DNA of 63,459 nt, the filler included, from Octopus bimaculoides (lineage: Eukaryota), in NCBI RefSeq assembly GCF_001194135.2. It is 5 parts of 4 records of this genome, joined end to end, with 100 filler letters (N's around TTAATTAATTAA, not from the genome) between each part and the next. Parts side by side here need not be neighbours in the genome. Positions count along the whole stretch, not along the records: positions 1 to 12,748 come from NC_068991.1; positions 12,849 to 41,344 come from NC_068988.1; 3 more parts are not named here. One strand, 5' to 3'. The position numbers were made by a program, and so were the translations under genes. This document shows positions 11,567 to 24,959 of this stretch, piece after piece; within the stretch, counting starts at the first letter, position 1, and every line of letters starts with the position of its first letter. A model generated the notes under the pieces. The model was not told the DNA's origin, made no database searches, and saw only the letters and a list, made by a program, of their open reading frames with translations.

Positions 11567-13319
11567 ATTTTATATACATACATACATATGATTTCCGCTC
11601 AATTTCCTTCTTCACGTACACACATATGCACATACACACGCAATATTTAAGCAATATTTTTTCATTTTTAACTGTGCAGTCTTCTATTTTTTTCTCAAAT
11701 TATTGACGTCATTTCTTTCCAAATCGATCTCTTCACGCTTCATTAACATGATTTCTTGTCAATGTACAAACCCCTCTAAATAATAAATCATTTTGAAATC
11801 ACTTTTATTTATAACTTTTTTTAGTAGTTTCAGAATTTATTTCTTTTTCGTTTATATTTTATTATTTTATGGAAAGTTTAACTACATCCTTATATCTTAT
11901 TCGAGTGTCTAGCCCGTCTTCTTGTACCGTTAACCTGCTGTGGGTCAAATTTTTTGTCTTTGTAACCGAGTTTTGTACCTTTCTTGAACATGCCAAATCA
12001 TTGGCAGTTTCGCTCCGATGCTAGGCAGCTTGGTGTTCTGTAGGACAGGGGTCGGAAAACTTCTTATATCATTGACCCTTTCAAAGAATAGTAAATAATC
12101 AATAATAGTTCCTCATCAGTGGTGGCTCGTAGGTAAAATTTGTTGGGGTGCTGCTTCAGAAAACTTTTAGCCGTTGCTTTAATATTGTGTAAAAGGAGAC
12201 AAATATATAAAATGAAAATATATGCATAAACTTGATCGGTTCGTGTTTTATCCACTGCTGAGTAGTGTGTTTAATTTGTTCACTGAACAGCGTCGCGAAT
12301 TCCCCCTTATATTTCAAAAATGCTCCCTGAATCAAAAAATAAGGGGGAAAAATCTGCCCAATTTTTCAAATCTTAGCAGCAATACTGTAGTTAGAAGCAG
12401 GATAATAATCTAAATCTACACTTTATCACATTCAAAAATATAAACACGTTTTTAAGAACACACGCAGAGTCAAAAAGAAACGTTACCTTTCACTAGCACA
12501 CCAAGGTCGGCACAGCGTAAACGACAGTGCTCTCTCTCCCTAGCGTGCAGCTTCCTATCTCGGGCATGAAAGCTCACAGTTCTATACAAGGATTTTTGTA
12601 TTTTTTTCATAAACTAGGGGATGGCTACTGACATTAAGCTTAAGGATTATATAATGTACAAGTACAAAGAAAGAATTAAAGAAAAAAGAACCTATTGTAT
12701 TGAATGTTATCGATAATATCGTGTGGAAATAGGGGGTGCTGCAGTTTCNNNNNNNNNNNNNNNNNNNNNNNNNNNNNNNNNNNNNNNNNNNNTTAATTAA
12801 TTAANNNNNNNNNNNNNNNNNNNNNNNNNNNNNNNNNNNNNNNNNNNNTATATATATATTTATACATTCATACATACATATATATATGTATGTATGTATG
12901 CATATATATACATATATACATCCATAATTTACTTACATTTATTTATTTGTGTGATGAGTGTGATTCTCTGTGTGTATTCCTAAATACGTGCACATATCTT
13001 TCAGTCATGATTTTTATGTGCCAATGAATATGTATCAACATTTACTTAAAAGTATTTTTGTGTTGATATATTTTTTATAAGCTGTACATGTGTATATCTT
13101 TTACTGTACACGTGTTATAAAACATACAGAAATGGTGCCGTAGCTAAGAAATCTTCTTCACAACCTCTTATTTGCGGGTTTGATTTAAATTTGTTAAAAC
13201 CCTTACAGATAGTTCCTCAACATTGCTTCAGTTCAAGAACACAATCCAATAAGAAATATAAGCAAAATAACTCAGATGGTCAGTTCCAGTTGTGTTTATA
13301 TTAAATTGTTGTTTGTTGC

Positions 13320-13703
13320 TGTTGTTGGCATTCCGTCGCTTACGACGTCGAGGGTTCCAGTTGATCGGATCAATGCAACAGCCTGCTCGTGAAATTAACG
13401 TGCATGTGGCTGAGCACTCCACAGACACGTGTATCCTTAACATAGTTCTCGGGGATATTCAGCGTGACACAGTGTGACAAGGCTGACCCTTTGAATTACA
13501 GGCACAACAGAAACAGGAAGTAAGAGTGTGAGAAAGCTGTGGTGAAAGAGTACAGCAGGGTTCGCCACCATCCCCTGCTGGAGCCTCGTGGAGCTTTAGG
13601 TGTTTTCGCTCAATAAATACTCACAACGCCCGGTCTGGGAATCGAAACCATGATCTTATGACCGCGAGTCCGCTGCCCTAAGCACTGGGCCATTGCGCCT
13701 CCA
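13320..13703 (-). mobile_element. tRNA-derived SINE
   Basis: Head ggaggcgcaaTGGCCCAGTGCTTAG (A box)...GGTTTCGATTCC (B box) and a simple-repeat tail. Confidence 0.8.
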
Positions 13704-14402
13704 CTTTTATTAAATAGAAGTGAATTAAAAGCAATGTTATCCATTGGAAATCTAATTGTTTGTCACTGAGAGCTCGTTTGTGACTGCTTCTCTCTGATAT
13801 TTAATACATGTTAGTTAGTCAAACTGAGAGGTTAATGACAGATTGTTAGTCACTGATTCTAAAGTGATGACTCTACTAAGTGTTTCTTATTATATTTGAA
13901 GTTATTTGATATTTTTGCTGACCCCACATTCAATGAAGCAAGAAACCTTGATTAGCAATAAATTAATGAATTATTACCTTTTAATAATTATATATGATAT
14001 ATATCCACCATCTTTCCAACAACAAACTTGGGCACCTTTTTGAATTCCAAATGTCAAACACACATGGACATGCTTACAAAATCAAAAAAACAACAGAACA
14101 CTCATGACTTTCAGAAACATTTTTATCACACTTGTGATTTTAAATGTAAATGCATGTTTATGTATTTATGTGTATATGTAAAGACAACTAGTCCATTAGA
14201 AAAATGCTGTTCAAGATAGAAGCAGTATAAGAACCAAAAGGGTAGTGTTTATCCCTACTTTAACGTGGGTGTACTACAAGAGATGATGATACTGCTGTTT
14301 TAACCCAAGGAAGACATCTCCTCCAGTTAGTTTATTCAGAGCATTTTTGCACTCAATATTTATTGCAAACAGGAGAAAACTCTTGCCACCCTAGCTCCAA
14401 GA

Positions 14403-14450
14403 CCACTAGACCACGTGATTTTGATCTTATTGGATCTCTTTGGTGGTAGG
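14403..14450 (-). ncRNA. Decayed hammerhead motif (left arm of palindrome)
   Basis: Minus strand CUACCA-CCAAAGA-GAUC caauaa GAUC-AAAA-UCACGUG-GUC-UAGUGG. The core is mutated, but stem II, the CACGUG palindrome and the GUC triplet are retained. Confidence 0.55.
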
Positions 14451-14586
14451 CACTTATTTGCCAGGCATAGCAGTAGTCTAATCTTGCTTGCAATAGACAG
14501 AAAATACAATGTCATACAATCAATGTTTGTATTTTCTATATATTGCAAATCATGTTAGACTACTTCCATTCCTGGCAAACGAGTGC

Positions 14587-14633
14587 CTACCACTGAAGAG
14601 ATCCAATCAGATTGAAATCACATGATCTGTTGA
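14587..14633 (+). ncRNA. Type I hammerhead ribozyme motif (right arm of palindrome), partly decayed
   Basis: CUACCA-CUGAAGA-GAUC caauca GAUU-GAAA-UCACAUGAU-C-UGUUGA: intact core, 4-bp stem II, near-palindromic stem III, AUC triplet. Confidence 0.65.
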
Positions 14634-14742
14634 TCTTGGAGTGAGGGTGGAGCCTGGTGCAGCCTTCTGGTTCGCCAGTCCTCAGTCAAATCGTCCAACA
14701 AATGTTAACATGGAAGGCACACCTTAAACAATGATGATGATG

Positions 14743-14790
<48 letters not shown>

Positions 14791-14807
14791 ATACACATAT
14801 ATATATT

Positions 14808-14873
<66 letters not shown>

Positions 14874-14959
14874 TACACACATATATATACATATATATCA
14901 TTATTATTACTATTATATGTACGTATGCCTATTATAAAATTGTATCTGTTTAAAACATA

Positions 14960-15650
14960 TATGTCATATGACTTCAAGAAGTTAAGAATACCTTCCTTGG
15001 TAGAAAATCAGCTAACATCCTTATGTGGTAATGGAACATACCAAACCCAGAAAATTAATATTGAGGCTCTAACACAAGACACATATTGGAAGTTTTACCT
15101 TACATGTATGTACCCATTATTCTGAAATTAATAAGACCTGCAACATTATATTTCAAAACATACTAATGGCTGAAAATGGACTCCAGGGTGAACCAAATTG
15201 TTCAAGCACATACCTTTATGAGAAACAAAGTTAACCCAAATTAATCAATGAAATGTGAACAAAGGCCAAATTTCAAGCAAAATCAATGGAACCAAAAACA
15301 AAATATGTAGACTATCCAGTTGTGGTATATGTTTCAAATGAGTGCAGGTAATCAATATACAAAGATATAATTACCTGTACATTTGTTAACCCAAATGATG
15401 CTTAACATGGTCAGAATATAAAGAGAAGTACATAGGGAAAACTGTGATAACCTTAAGACAACACATGGCAGCATAAACCACAAGTTCAAATGCCAGGGGA
15501 TAGACAGTTAGAACTCAGTGAACATATAGATACATGCACCAGTAAGAAACTACCAAATTTTGCAGTCTTCCCCTTATAGCAATTTGCTAATAACATATCA
15601 CAGCAGCAATGCTTCAGCAAAAAAGTAGCATTCATAACGGAATACTTCTT
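14960..15650 (+). mobile_element. Decayed Penelope GIY-YIG region
   Basis: Fragments RLSSCGICF, ITCTF, EKYIGKTVITLRQHM, SEHIDTC across frameshifts and stops. Confidence 0.65.
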
Positions 15651-16049
15651 AACCACTATCAGCAAAAAAGGTTACTGGTACTAAAGTTACTGTTGCTGTT
15701 GTAGCTGCTGTTACTACTATTACTGCTGCTGATGCTACTACTGCTGCTACTACTACTACTGCTATGGCCACTACATCTACAGCTATTATTTTCATCACTA
15801 TTGATAAATTCTACTGCTTAAGCTGTTATTGATGCTTCTACTTGGAAGGTTAATAGAGTCGTTTCTGCTACAACTAATGCAATCTACCATACGATTTTTC
15901 TACAATTGCAAATCTCTTCTTGATATCAACATGGCCAGTAAGGAACAACGGGCAGCTGCCACTGCTAAAATTGATACAACTACCTTGACTCCACAGCCAT
16001 CAGAAGGAGACCAACAACTACTGTCTTATTAATTTTGTATGAAAAAATA

Positions 16050-18300
16050 AATGTAAAATGTGCTTTGGATACTACTATCGTAAAAGATTAATTAAATTTA
16101 ATTCAATTCATTTTCCACTTTTATGTTGAAACCAGTAACATATTTCAATAAAAATGTAAATTTTACCTCTTTTATTCATGATAAATTTATCAAAATATAC
16201 AACTATATGTTGATAATGCACAGTGTCTAATATATGTCAATATATGTGAAGGTTACAATGATTACAGGCTGGTCTGTGGTTCTGGTCACTCAATTCTTCT
16301 GCTCATAAAACACTTCAGCCCAATGGAAACAAGCAGAATAGACTAAAGATGCTGTTTAGAGTGTCATTAATTATGGAGGTGTATTTCTTGAAATTATCAA
16401 GGAAACATTTGGGTATGTGTCAGAAAGTCAAAATTAGTTTAGTGTTTTTGTTATTAGTTAAGGTTGCTATAGAGTAGTGGATAATATAGTGTTTCTTTGT
16501 AAGACAGAAATTGTAGCACTTTGATCAATTCATAGATTTGTTGTTGTTGCTGGTGGTCTCCCCTTTTACATTTCAATTTCAGTTCCACATTGACATTTCT
16601 GTGATGTTTTCCAGGTTACAATAATGAAACAACCTGTTGTGCTGGTGTTGGCAACTTTTGAAGAAGTGATCCATAAGTCCTATGTAATTTGTTGATATCT
16701 TGTTGGTGGAAACATCACCATGGAATGTATTATATTTTCTTGACATTTGCCTTTAAGGATAAAAGATCTATATTGAAAATTGGATTCTTTCATTTTATAT
16801 TTGGTTGTAATATTTTATGTCTTTTGATAGCACTAGACATGTTCTTGCATTTGTAGCAACCTTTGTTAACATTGCTTTTGTTATTCAGCTTATGACATTT
16901 ACGGCCATTTAAAATTGTTTTCTATTTTGAGAGAAGAAATTGTCTAGGTTTCACTGCTGTCATTGGTGAGTACTTTATTGTTTCAGTATTAGTTATAGGT
17001 AGATCTATATGACCTTTGTGAAGATGGATTCATTGAAAGATAATAAACATGTCCTTATGGTGATCCTAATTGATATATATTTGATGGCACTCAATGAATT
17101 GGATATAGATAGACAATAGCATACTATTGAGGATTCTGGAGTGACTTAGATGATGTGGATCTAGTTTTAAGTGTGATATCCAGGAACGTTTATTCCTAAA
17201 AGTTTTACCTTCACTGTTACTCTCAATATGAAATACATCTGTACAGAGATGACGGCTTGTAGTTTCAAATCACATGAACAGAACACAAACTTGCGAATGA
17301 AAAGGTTTCTATATTCAACAAATTTCATCTGAGGTGATGGGTGAGGTGAACCATATAACAGTAAACGTTCTGACTGTTATACTTAAACTAAACTATAAGT
17401 GTTGAAGTTGATGCAGTTCAGGTTTACTATGAACTTCAGGAAGCCAACAACAGAGAAACAAAAACGCAAACAGAAATGGTTTTCAGTTAGTAATAATTTT
17501 GTATAGAAAGGGCTGTGAAACATTTTCCCTGGAATCTTAGAGATAAAATTCAGCAAATGTAACGGGATGAAAATTTTTGGATTTATATGGAATAGGTTGT
17601 GAGCATATACAGCTAGTTGGTTCAGAAGCGTAAAGACAGTTGTCATAGTGATAAAATAGGAAGAACCATACATTTGTAAATCAATGGTTGCAGTGTTTTT
17701 GTCAATGTACTCATGAAAAACAGTAGAAATTTCAAGATGTTTCTTCATTGATACTTCATTGTGTTTACAATTGAAACACACATAGGTTTGGCTCCTCTCA
17801 GACACTCACACTCTCATATGAGAACACACTGTAATAATTCAATCCAAATTCACTTGTTCTAACAATGTAAATATATTTTATTATCAGGTTCAGCTCTGAA
17901 GTGTTCAATTTAAAAATAAATCGATTTCCATTACCAACAAAATATACAAGCAGAGGACCAAATGCCTTGCAGTATTTGTTCTAGCTCTTTGCATTCTGAG
18001 TTAAAAATCCCAACAAAATCAACTTTTACTTTTCACCCCTTCAGGCTCAATAACGATGCAGTCCAATGTAATAGATTTGCAGAATTGTTAGAGTATTGTA
18101 AGAGATTTATTATGGAATTTACTGTGAATCTTTGCATTCTGGGTTCTTTGATAGCTAGTGTTATCTATTGTCCAGTTTAACCACATTGTCTGGTCCTTAG
18201 GTACTGTCAGCAAAGTTAATTCTATTGCAACATTCTCCCTTCCTATTGTTAGTTACAGAGATCTTGGAAACTAAAAGGTTACATATACTGCCATTCCTTC
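16050..18300 (-). pseudogene. Heavily decayed coding-like region, possibly an Academ-type DNA transposase relic
   Basis: A 140-aa open stretch plus frameshifted fragments (MVHLTHHLR*NLLNI..., FETT...DVFHIESNSEGKTF, PITNTETI, IIVTF) loosely resembling motif order in Academ-like transposases. Recognition is weak. Confidence 0.3.
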
Positions 18301-18936
18301 TCTGACTAAATAGTAAAAATTAATCTTATACATTTCCTTAGTGTTTCTTTCATTACCATTTCAATAGGTGCAGCGAAGTTTATGCTTTTCTGAGAAAAAC
18401 AAGACTAAAAGCAAATACGTCCTATGTTGTCTCCCAAGATTCCTGACAAAATGAATATAAATATTAGCTGTTGCCTAATATCATCATTTATCACTATACA
18501 TATATGTTTTTGCTAGCCTTTTTTAATGCTCCATGCATGGAATATCTTGACACTTAACCTAAACAATAAACTTAATTTGCATGCCAAACTTATAGATGAT
18601 AAACTAGGCTTTGCATAATTTACATTAAAATAATCTAAACGATTTAGATGAGGCATCACCACTCAATACTTTGTATATATAATAAAGAAGATATTTTACA
18701 ACATAATTAAGCCAAAGAAAAATCAAAACACGCAAAAGAGATGTGAAAAGTGTAGGGGACCAGAAATAAAATGATTTTACAAACTGTCGCAAACTTTTAA
18801 AAATATTGAGCATCAATGCATGGGTGAAAAGACATGATTTCAAGTTTCATTGGTTTTCATATTTCTAATCACTATAATATAAATGCACTTTGTAAACCCA
18901 TTTCAACCAAATTATAAATATGCATTTTGTTATTTT

Positions 18937-19016
18937 ATAAATCAGGTTTTCTGAAGCACAAGTAAAGTCAGATTTGATTTTCTGACTTTACTTGTGCTTT
19001 AGAAAACCTGATTTAT
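18937..19016. repeat. Near-perfect 36-bp inverted repeat with 8-nt loop
   Basis: ataaatcaggttttctgaagcacaagtaaagtcaga-tttgattt-tctgactttacttgtgctttagaaaacctgatttat; one mismatch (G.U on the plus strand). Confidence 0.95.
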
Positions 19017-19029
19017 GTTATAAGATGCT

Positions 19030-20000
19030 CGGGCTGCCACCGAAACTACATAGGGTCCACAGGATTATCGCTTAAATGAAGATGCACTCTGCACTGACAG
19101 CAGATTGCATTCCCAGAATACAGAATGATACCCTTTAGTGAACATAATGAGAAATGCGCAAAGCAACTGCTACCACAATTTGTAATCTTTCCATTTTATC
19201 AAAAACCAAGGTAACGTTTATTCCTACATCAGGACAAACATTTTTGTAAATGGAACAAGATTAGAAATCATTGACACTTTTGTTTACCTTGGAAGTACAC
19301 TGTCAAAAGATGGTGGTCTTGATGCAGATATATGCTATCGAATAGGGAAGTGTTGCATTTGGAAAGCTTGAAAAGCGAGTAAGGGCAGAGAGAGGTATTT
19401 CCCTGCAGAAAGAAATCAGTGTTTAATAAATGTGTGTATTGACTGCACTTATTTATTTGAGTGAGATGTGGACCACTTACAGGTGTCATATGAAAATGCT
19501 GGAGAAATTTCATCAGAAGTGTCTCAGATGTATCTTGTAAATCAAGTGGGAATATTTCATACTAGATGCAGAATATTTCATACTACATGGCATATTGTAG
19601 CTGAATTGAATAATGTTATCTTGGCACAAATGAGATGGGCTGGACATGTTATTAGAATGAAAGATGGGCAACTGCCAAAGTGTCTTTTTTGTAGTGAGCT
19701 CAGCTCTGGTAAGTGACCACAAAATAAGGCATGGAAAAGGTATAATACTGTGTGAAGGAAAACCTGAAGAAACTAGATACGAACAGAAGTGATTGAGAAA
19801 TTGATGTTCTAGATTCGAACAAGTGTAGAGGTGCTGTTAGGATTGGCTGCAATGCTTGGGAGGGTCTGTCACAAAGGAACAAATGCAACTGAAATCAACA
19901 GAGAATATTGGATATGTATTATGCGTGATCGTGTTCTGTTGTCAAAAGCAGGATACACGAATCATATGAAGTCACATGAAAATTGAAATGCCCAGGTAAG
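19030..20000 (+). mobile_element. Decayed RTE-clade LINE, RT C-terminal part
   Basis: YLGSTLSKDG...AFGKLEKR, SEMWTTYR, QMRWAGHVIRMKDGQLPKCLFCSEL across frameshifts. Confidence 0.85.
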
Positions 20001-20309
20001 TAATAATCTTGAACACTAACTGCCTCTTATGACTTGTCTCATATGTCACAAAACTTATCTGGACTTGAAACACATATGCTAGTTTTCAAAAGCATTCCTT
20101 CAGAATAGAAGGGCAAAGGTAGAGAAGCAACTTGAATATTATCTGTTACTTGTATTTTAAACCCAGTCAATCAGCATTTCATCTTAAAAGTCATCTGTGG
20201 GCTCATCAACTGAGTGATTGTGCTGTGCGATGGGGTTATGGTGTGTGTATTGATGGGAAGGCTAGCATCTGTCAAGATGAAGCAATCATCGTGTGTATAT
20301 ATATGTGTT

Positions 20310-20342
<33 letters not shown>

Positions 20343-21241
20343 GTATATANNNNNNNNNNNNNNNNNNNNNNNNNNNNNNNNNNNNNNNNNNNNNNNNNNN
20401 NNNNNNNNNNNNNNNNNNNNNNNNNNNNNNNNNNNNNNNNNNNNNNNNNNNNNNNNNNNNNNNNNNNNNNNNNNNNNNNNNNNNNNNNNNNNNNNNNNNN
20501 NNNNNNNNNNNNNNNNNNNNNNNNNNNNNNNNNNNNNNNNNNNNNNNNNNNNNNNNNNNNNNNNNNNNNNNNNNNNNNNNNNNNNNNNNNNNNNNNNNNN
20601 NNNNNNNNNNNNNNNNNNNNNNNNNNNNNNNNNNNNNNNNNNNNNNNNNNNNNNNNNNNNNNNNNNNNNNNNNNNNNNNNNNNNNNNNNNNNNNNNNNNN
20701 NNNNNNNNNNNNNNNNNNNNNNNNNNNNNNNNNNNNNNNNNNNNNNNNNNNNNNNNNNNNNNNNNNNNNNNNNNNNNNNNNNNNNNNNNNNNNNNNNNNN
20801 NNNNNNNNNNNNNNNNNNNNNNNNNNNNNNNNNNNNNNNNNNNNNNNNNNNNNNNNNNNNNNNNNNNNNNNNNNNNNNNNNNNNNNNNNNNNNNNNNNNN
20901 NNNNNNNNNNNNNNNNNNGCCATCATTCATCTGAGAGTCCATTTACAGAATGTCCTCAAATTTCTATACAGCATATTTTGCCTTTTTTTCTTCAAGTATA
21001 TAAGCAACAATTTCATTCCTGAGCAACGCCGGGTGCCTCTGCTAGTACTACATACACACCACTCTCTCACTCTGTCTCACACACATACACACGCACACAT
21101 ACATCCAAAAATGATGGATGCATATGACAACACACCCCTTGACTCACTCACACTCTGTCTCTTACAAACACACACATACATAAATATATACAAACATATT
21201 TACAAAGACACACGTGCATATGCGCGCAAGCGCGTGTGTGT

Positions 21242-21292
<51 letters not shown>

Positions 21293-22849
21293 GAGTTGAA
21301 TGTGTGTGTCGACAATTATACGTACATACATAAATAGTCATACATTTCTTGTACGTATGTGTGAGTGTGCGTGTGAGAGAGAGAGAGAGAGAGTCACTGA
21401 AACATCTATCTGTCTGTCTGCATGTCTGTCTCTCTCTCTCTCTCTCACACACACACGTGCAGATATACACACAGAAAATATGTATGCATATGTATTTATG
21501 TATGTACGTAGACATCACAACACACCCCTTCACTCACACACATACAGAAACACACATGTGCGTGTCTGATTCACTACGAATACATAGAGCTGAACACGGC
21601 GTGTCAAAAAAAAATAATAGAAAATTTATTTACGGAAATTAACGAAGTGTGCGAGTTCGGAAGGAAATCAAACCTGGACTGTGTAAATGAGAGAGAGAGA
21701 AAGAACATTGCAAAGAATGAATGAGATGAACATGGAACGCCCAAAAATCGTATAAATAANNNNNNNNNNNNNNNNNNNNNNNNNNNNNNNNNNNNNNNNN
21801 NNNNNNNNNNNNNNNNNNNNNNNNNNNNNNNNNNNNNNNNNNNNNNNNNNNNNNNNNNNNNNNNNNNNNNNNNNNNNNNNNNNNNNNNNNNNNNNNNNNN
21901 NNNNNNNNNNNNNNNNNNNNNNNNNNNNNNNNNNNNNNNNNNNNNNNNNNNNNNNNNNNNNNNNNNNNNNNNNNNNNNNNNNNNNNNNNNNNNNNNNNNN
22001 NNNNNNNNNNNNNNNNNNNNNNNNNNNNNNNNNNNNNNNNNNNNNNNNNNNNNNNNNNNNNNNNNNNNNNNNNNNNNNNNNNNNNNNNNNNNNNNNNNNN
22101 NNNNNNNNNNNNNNNNNNNNNNNNNNNNNNNNNNNNNNNNNNNNNNNNNNNNNNNNNNNNNNNNNNNNNNNNNNNNNNNNNNNNNNNNNNNNNNNNNNNN
22201 NNNNNNNNNNNNNNNNNNNNNNNNNNNNNNNNNNNNNNNNNNNNNNNNNNNNNNNNNNNNNNNNNNNNNNNNNNNNNNNNNNNNNNNNNNNNNNNNNNNN
22301 NNNNNNNNNNNNNNNNNNNNNNNNNNNNNNNNNNNNNNNNNNNNNNNNNNNNNNNNNNNNNNNNNNNNNNNNNNNNNNNNNNNNNNNNNNNNNNNNNNNN
22401 NNNNNNNNNNNNNNNNNNNNNNNNNNNNNNNNNNNNNNNNNNNNNNNNNNNNNNNNNNNNNNNNNNNNNNNNNNNNNNNNNNNNNNNNNNNNNNNNNNNN
22501 NNNNNNNNNNNNNNNNNNNNNNNNNNNNNNNNNNNNNNNNNNNNNNNNNNNNNNNNNNNNNNNNNNNNNNNNNNNNNNNNNNNNNNNNNNNNNNNNNNNN
22601 NNNNNNNNNNNNNNNNNNNNNNNNNNNNNNNNNNNNNNNNNNNNNNNNNNNNNNNNNNNNNNNNNNNNNNNNNNNNTATATACACATGTATATATGTATA
22701 TGGATGTATGTATGCATGTATATGGATGTATGTAATATTTTTGGAAGGAGTTTCAAACAAATCTTCCCACGCTCCTTGCTCTTACTGAAGATGATTCAGA
22801 CTGGAAAAAGAAGTTTTGTGAGTGGTACTTGAAAAATGTATACAGGTGC

Positions 22850-23195
22850 AGATGTGTGGTAAGAAGCTTGTTTCCAAACCACATAGTTCTGGGTTCGTTT
22901 CCAGTGTGTGGCTCCTTGGGCAAGTCTCAGGCCAACCAAATTCTGGTGAGTGGATTTGGTAGGTGAAAAATAAAAGAAGTCTGTCAAATATGTGTATGTA
23001 TATATATATATATATATATATATGTTTGACTTTGTCAACCAGTGTTGGTGTATTTAAGGTCCTGTAACCTAGCAGTTCAGCAAAAAATATTGATATAAGT
23101 CTAGGCTCACAAGGAATAAGTCCTGGGGATTCTATGTTCAATTAAAAACCCTTCAAGGCAGTACTCCAGCATGGCTACCGTCAAATGACTGAAAC
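22850..23195 (+). mobile_element. SINE, same family as 1745-2330
   Basis: Diverged copy with head, body and tail. Confidence 0.7.
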
Positions 23196-24206
23196 CTGTA
23201 CAAAGAGCATGATATATAAACATATGACTAGCTACTTTTAGTTTCTTCCACATGCAAGGCTTTCATTAGTATATGGAATGATATTTTATATCATTGAGTA
23301 GAAATTATAAACTTAAAATTTTAAAGTTTTTCAAACGATGCCATGTGATTGTAAATTAAGCTCACCATTTCAAACTTTTTGGATCTCTGCAGCCTTTCAT
23401 ACATTCACAAAGAATAAATAATCTGTGAGGCACAAGTGCTGGCATGATTGTAATGAGAAAATGGTTTATATAATTCATAGAAAAATAAATGGTATGGAGC
23501 AAAACTAGAAAAACTAAGAAACTATTCAATAAAGATTTTAAAAAATTAAATTTTATAAACATGAATCTGTTTTATAAAATAATGAATGAAAACTACAATT
23601 TTAATTTAAAAATAGTAATGATTTTTTAGCTGGATTTTATTTTAAACAGATTTCTGTCACTGAATACAATGGTTAAAAATTTGCAATTCAGTTGTGGTTA
23701 GAAAACAAAAAGAAAAAGAAAGGAGAAAGAAAAAACGTAAACAGTAATTGTTGAAAAACATTGGTGAAGGACTGGAAAACACAATATATTTATTTATTCC
23801 AAGAATACGAATAAGATGCTTGGGAATATTGACAATGTAAACTTGGGGAAGAATATTAATAATATGAATGATTAAAATAAAGAGGGTAGTGAAGAAAAAA
23901 TGTTTTCCATCCTGCCCAGACTTTTAAATACTTTTGCTTCTTTTATTCTTGTGCTTGTTTCAGATTCTGAATTGCATCCAACTTGGGTAACACTTTGAAA
24001 GCTTCATTCGATCGAATCAGTCCCATTTCATACATGTAAAACTGGCACTTATTCCCTTTGTCCCCCTTCGCTGCAAAATTAAGCTACAAGGACGTAAACA
24101 AATCAATAATAATTGTTGAGTGATAACAGACAAATGCAAGCACAATCATATGCATACACGCATATACACCTGCCCCCCCCCCTACTCACATACAAAAATA
24201 ATAATA

Positions 24207-24298
<92 letters not shown>

Positions 24299-24959
24299 AA
24301 TAATAATAACAATCCTTTCTACAAGGTCTAACATTTTGGCAGGAGGGGAGTAGTCGATCAGATTGACTCCAGTGTTTATCAACAATGAAAAGTACTGTCA
24401 GCCTTGGTGGAATTTGAATTCAGAGCATAAAGGTGTACTAACAATTCTGTCAGCTTGTTGCCTCATTAATAATATTAATAATAATAATAATAATAATTAT
24501 AATAAAAGATCTGGAAATAGAGGTAACTCGAATGTGAAGCCTAAAAGCAGAAAGAAAAGATATGGAAATAGAGGTAACTCGAGTGTAGAGCCTAAAAACA
24601 AACAATTCTGATTATAGTAGATGCATTAGGTATGATAAAAATACATTCAGACAAATACGTAACAAAAACACCAGCACTTACAAGTATATATAAAATACAG
24701 AAAATTGTACTACTAGGCACTGCACACATCCTACTTAAAACACTTTCAATACAGTGAAAATAAGTGTACCACAAAAAACCACAGCACATACCCAGCAGAA
24801 AACACTTGACCAAGGTTCCATGTATTGTGACTGAACCCAAAACCACAGGGCTTCATGCTAAGCTTCTTTAGCATACAGCTATACATCTATACTTATCTAA
24901 GAAGACATTTCATAACCTCAAGGTTATTCATTGTATTGTTTGTTTGTTTTTTTTTACTG

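Larger units (their letters stand above)
14386..14650. repeat. ~265-bp imperfect inverted repeat (~124-bp arms, 17-nt spacer)
   Basis: 14386-14509 is the reverse complement of 14527-14650 at roughly 75-80% identity by eye (e.g. ccaggcatagcagtagtctaa vs rc ccaggaatggaagtagtctaa). Confidence 0.9.

Noticed and set aside
12070-12125. Minus-strand CTGATGA...GAAA...GTC resembling a hammerhead
   Set aside because: No convincing stem II and no stem I pairing.
12793-12804. TTAATTAATTAA centred in N runs (also 41389-41400, 45901-45912, 53076-53087)
   Set aside because: Identical 12-mer with stops in all six frames, always embedded in N padding: a scaffolding linker, not biology.
17575-17665. Peptide ITMTTVFTLLNQLAVYAHNLF resembling the WAVE/SCAR homology helix, and NLFHINPKIFIPLHLL resembling Zisupton/KDZ CxC regions
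   Set aside because: No splice sites, the flanking sequence does not continue either alignment, and the surroundings look like a decayed element.
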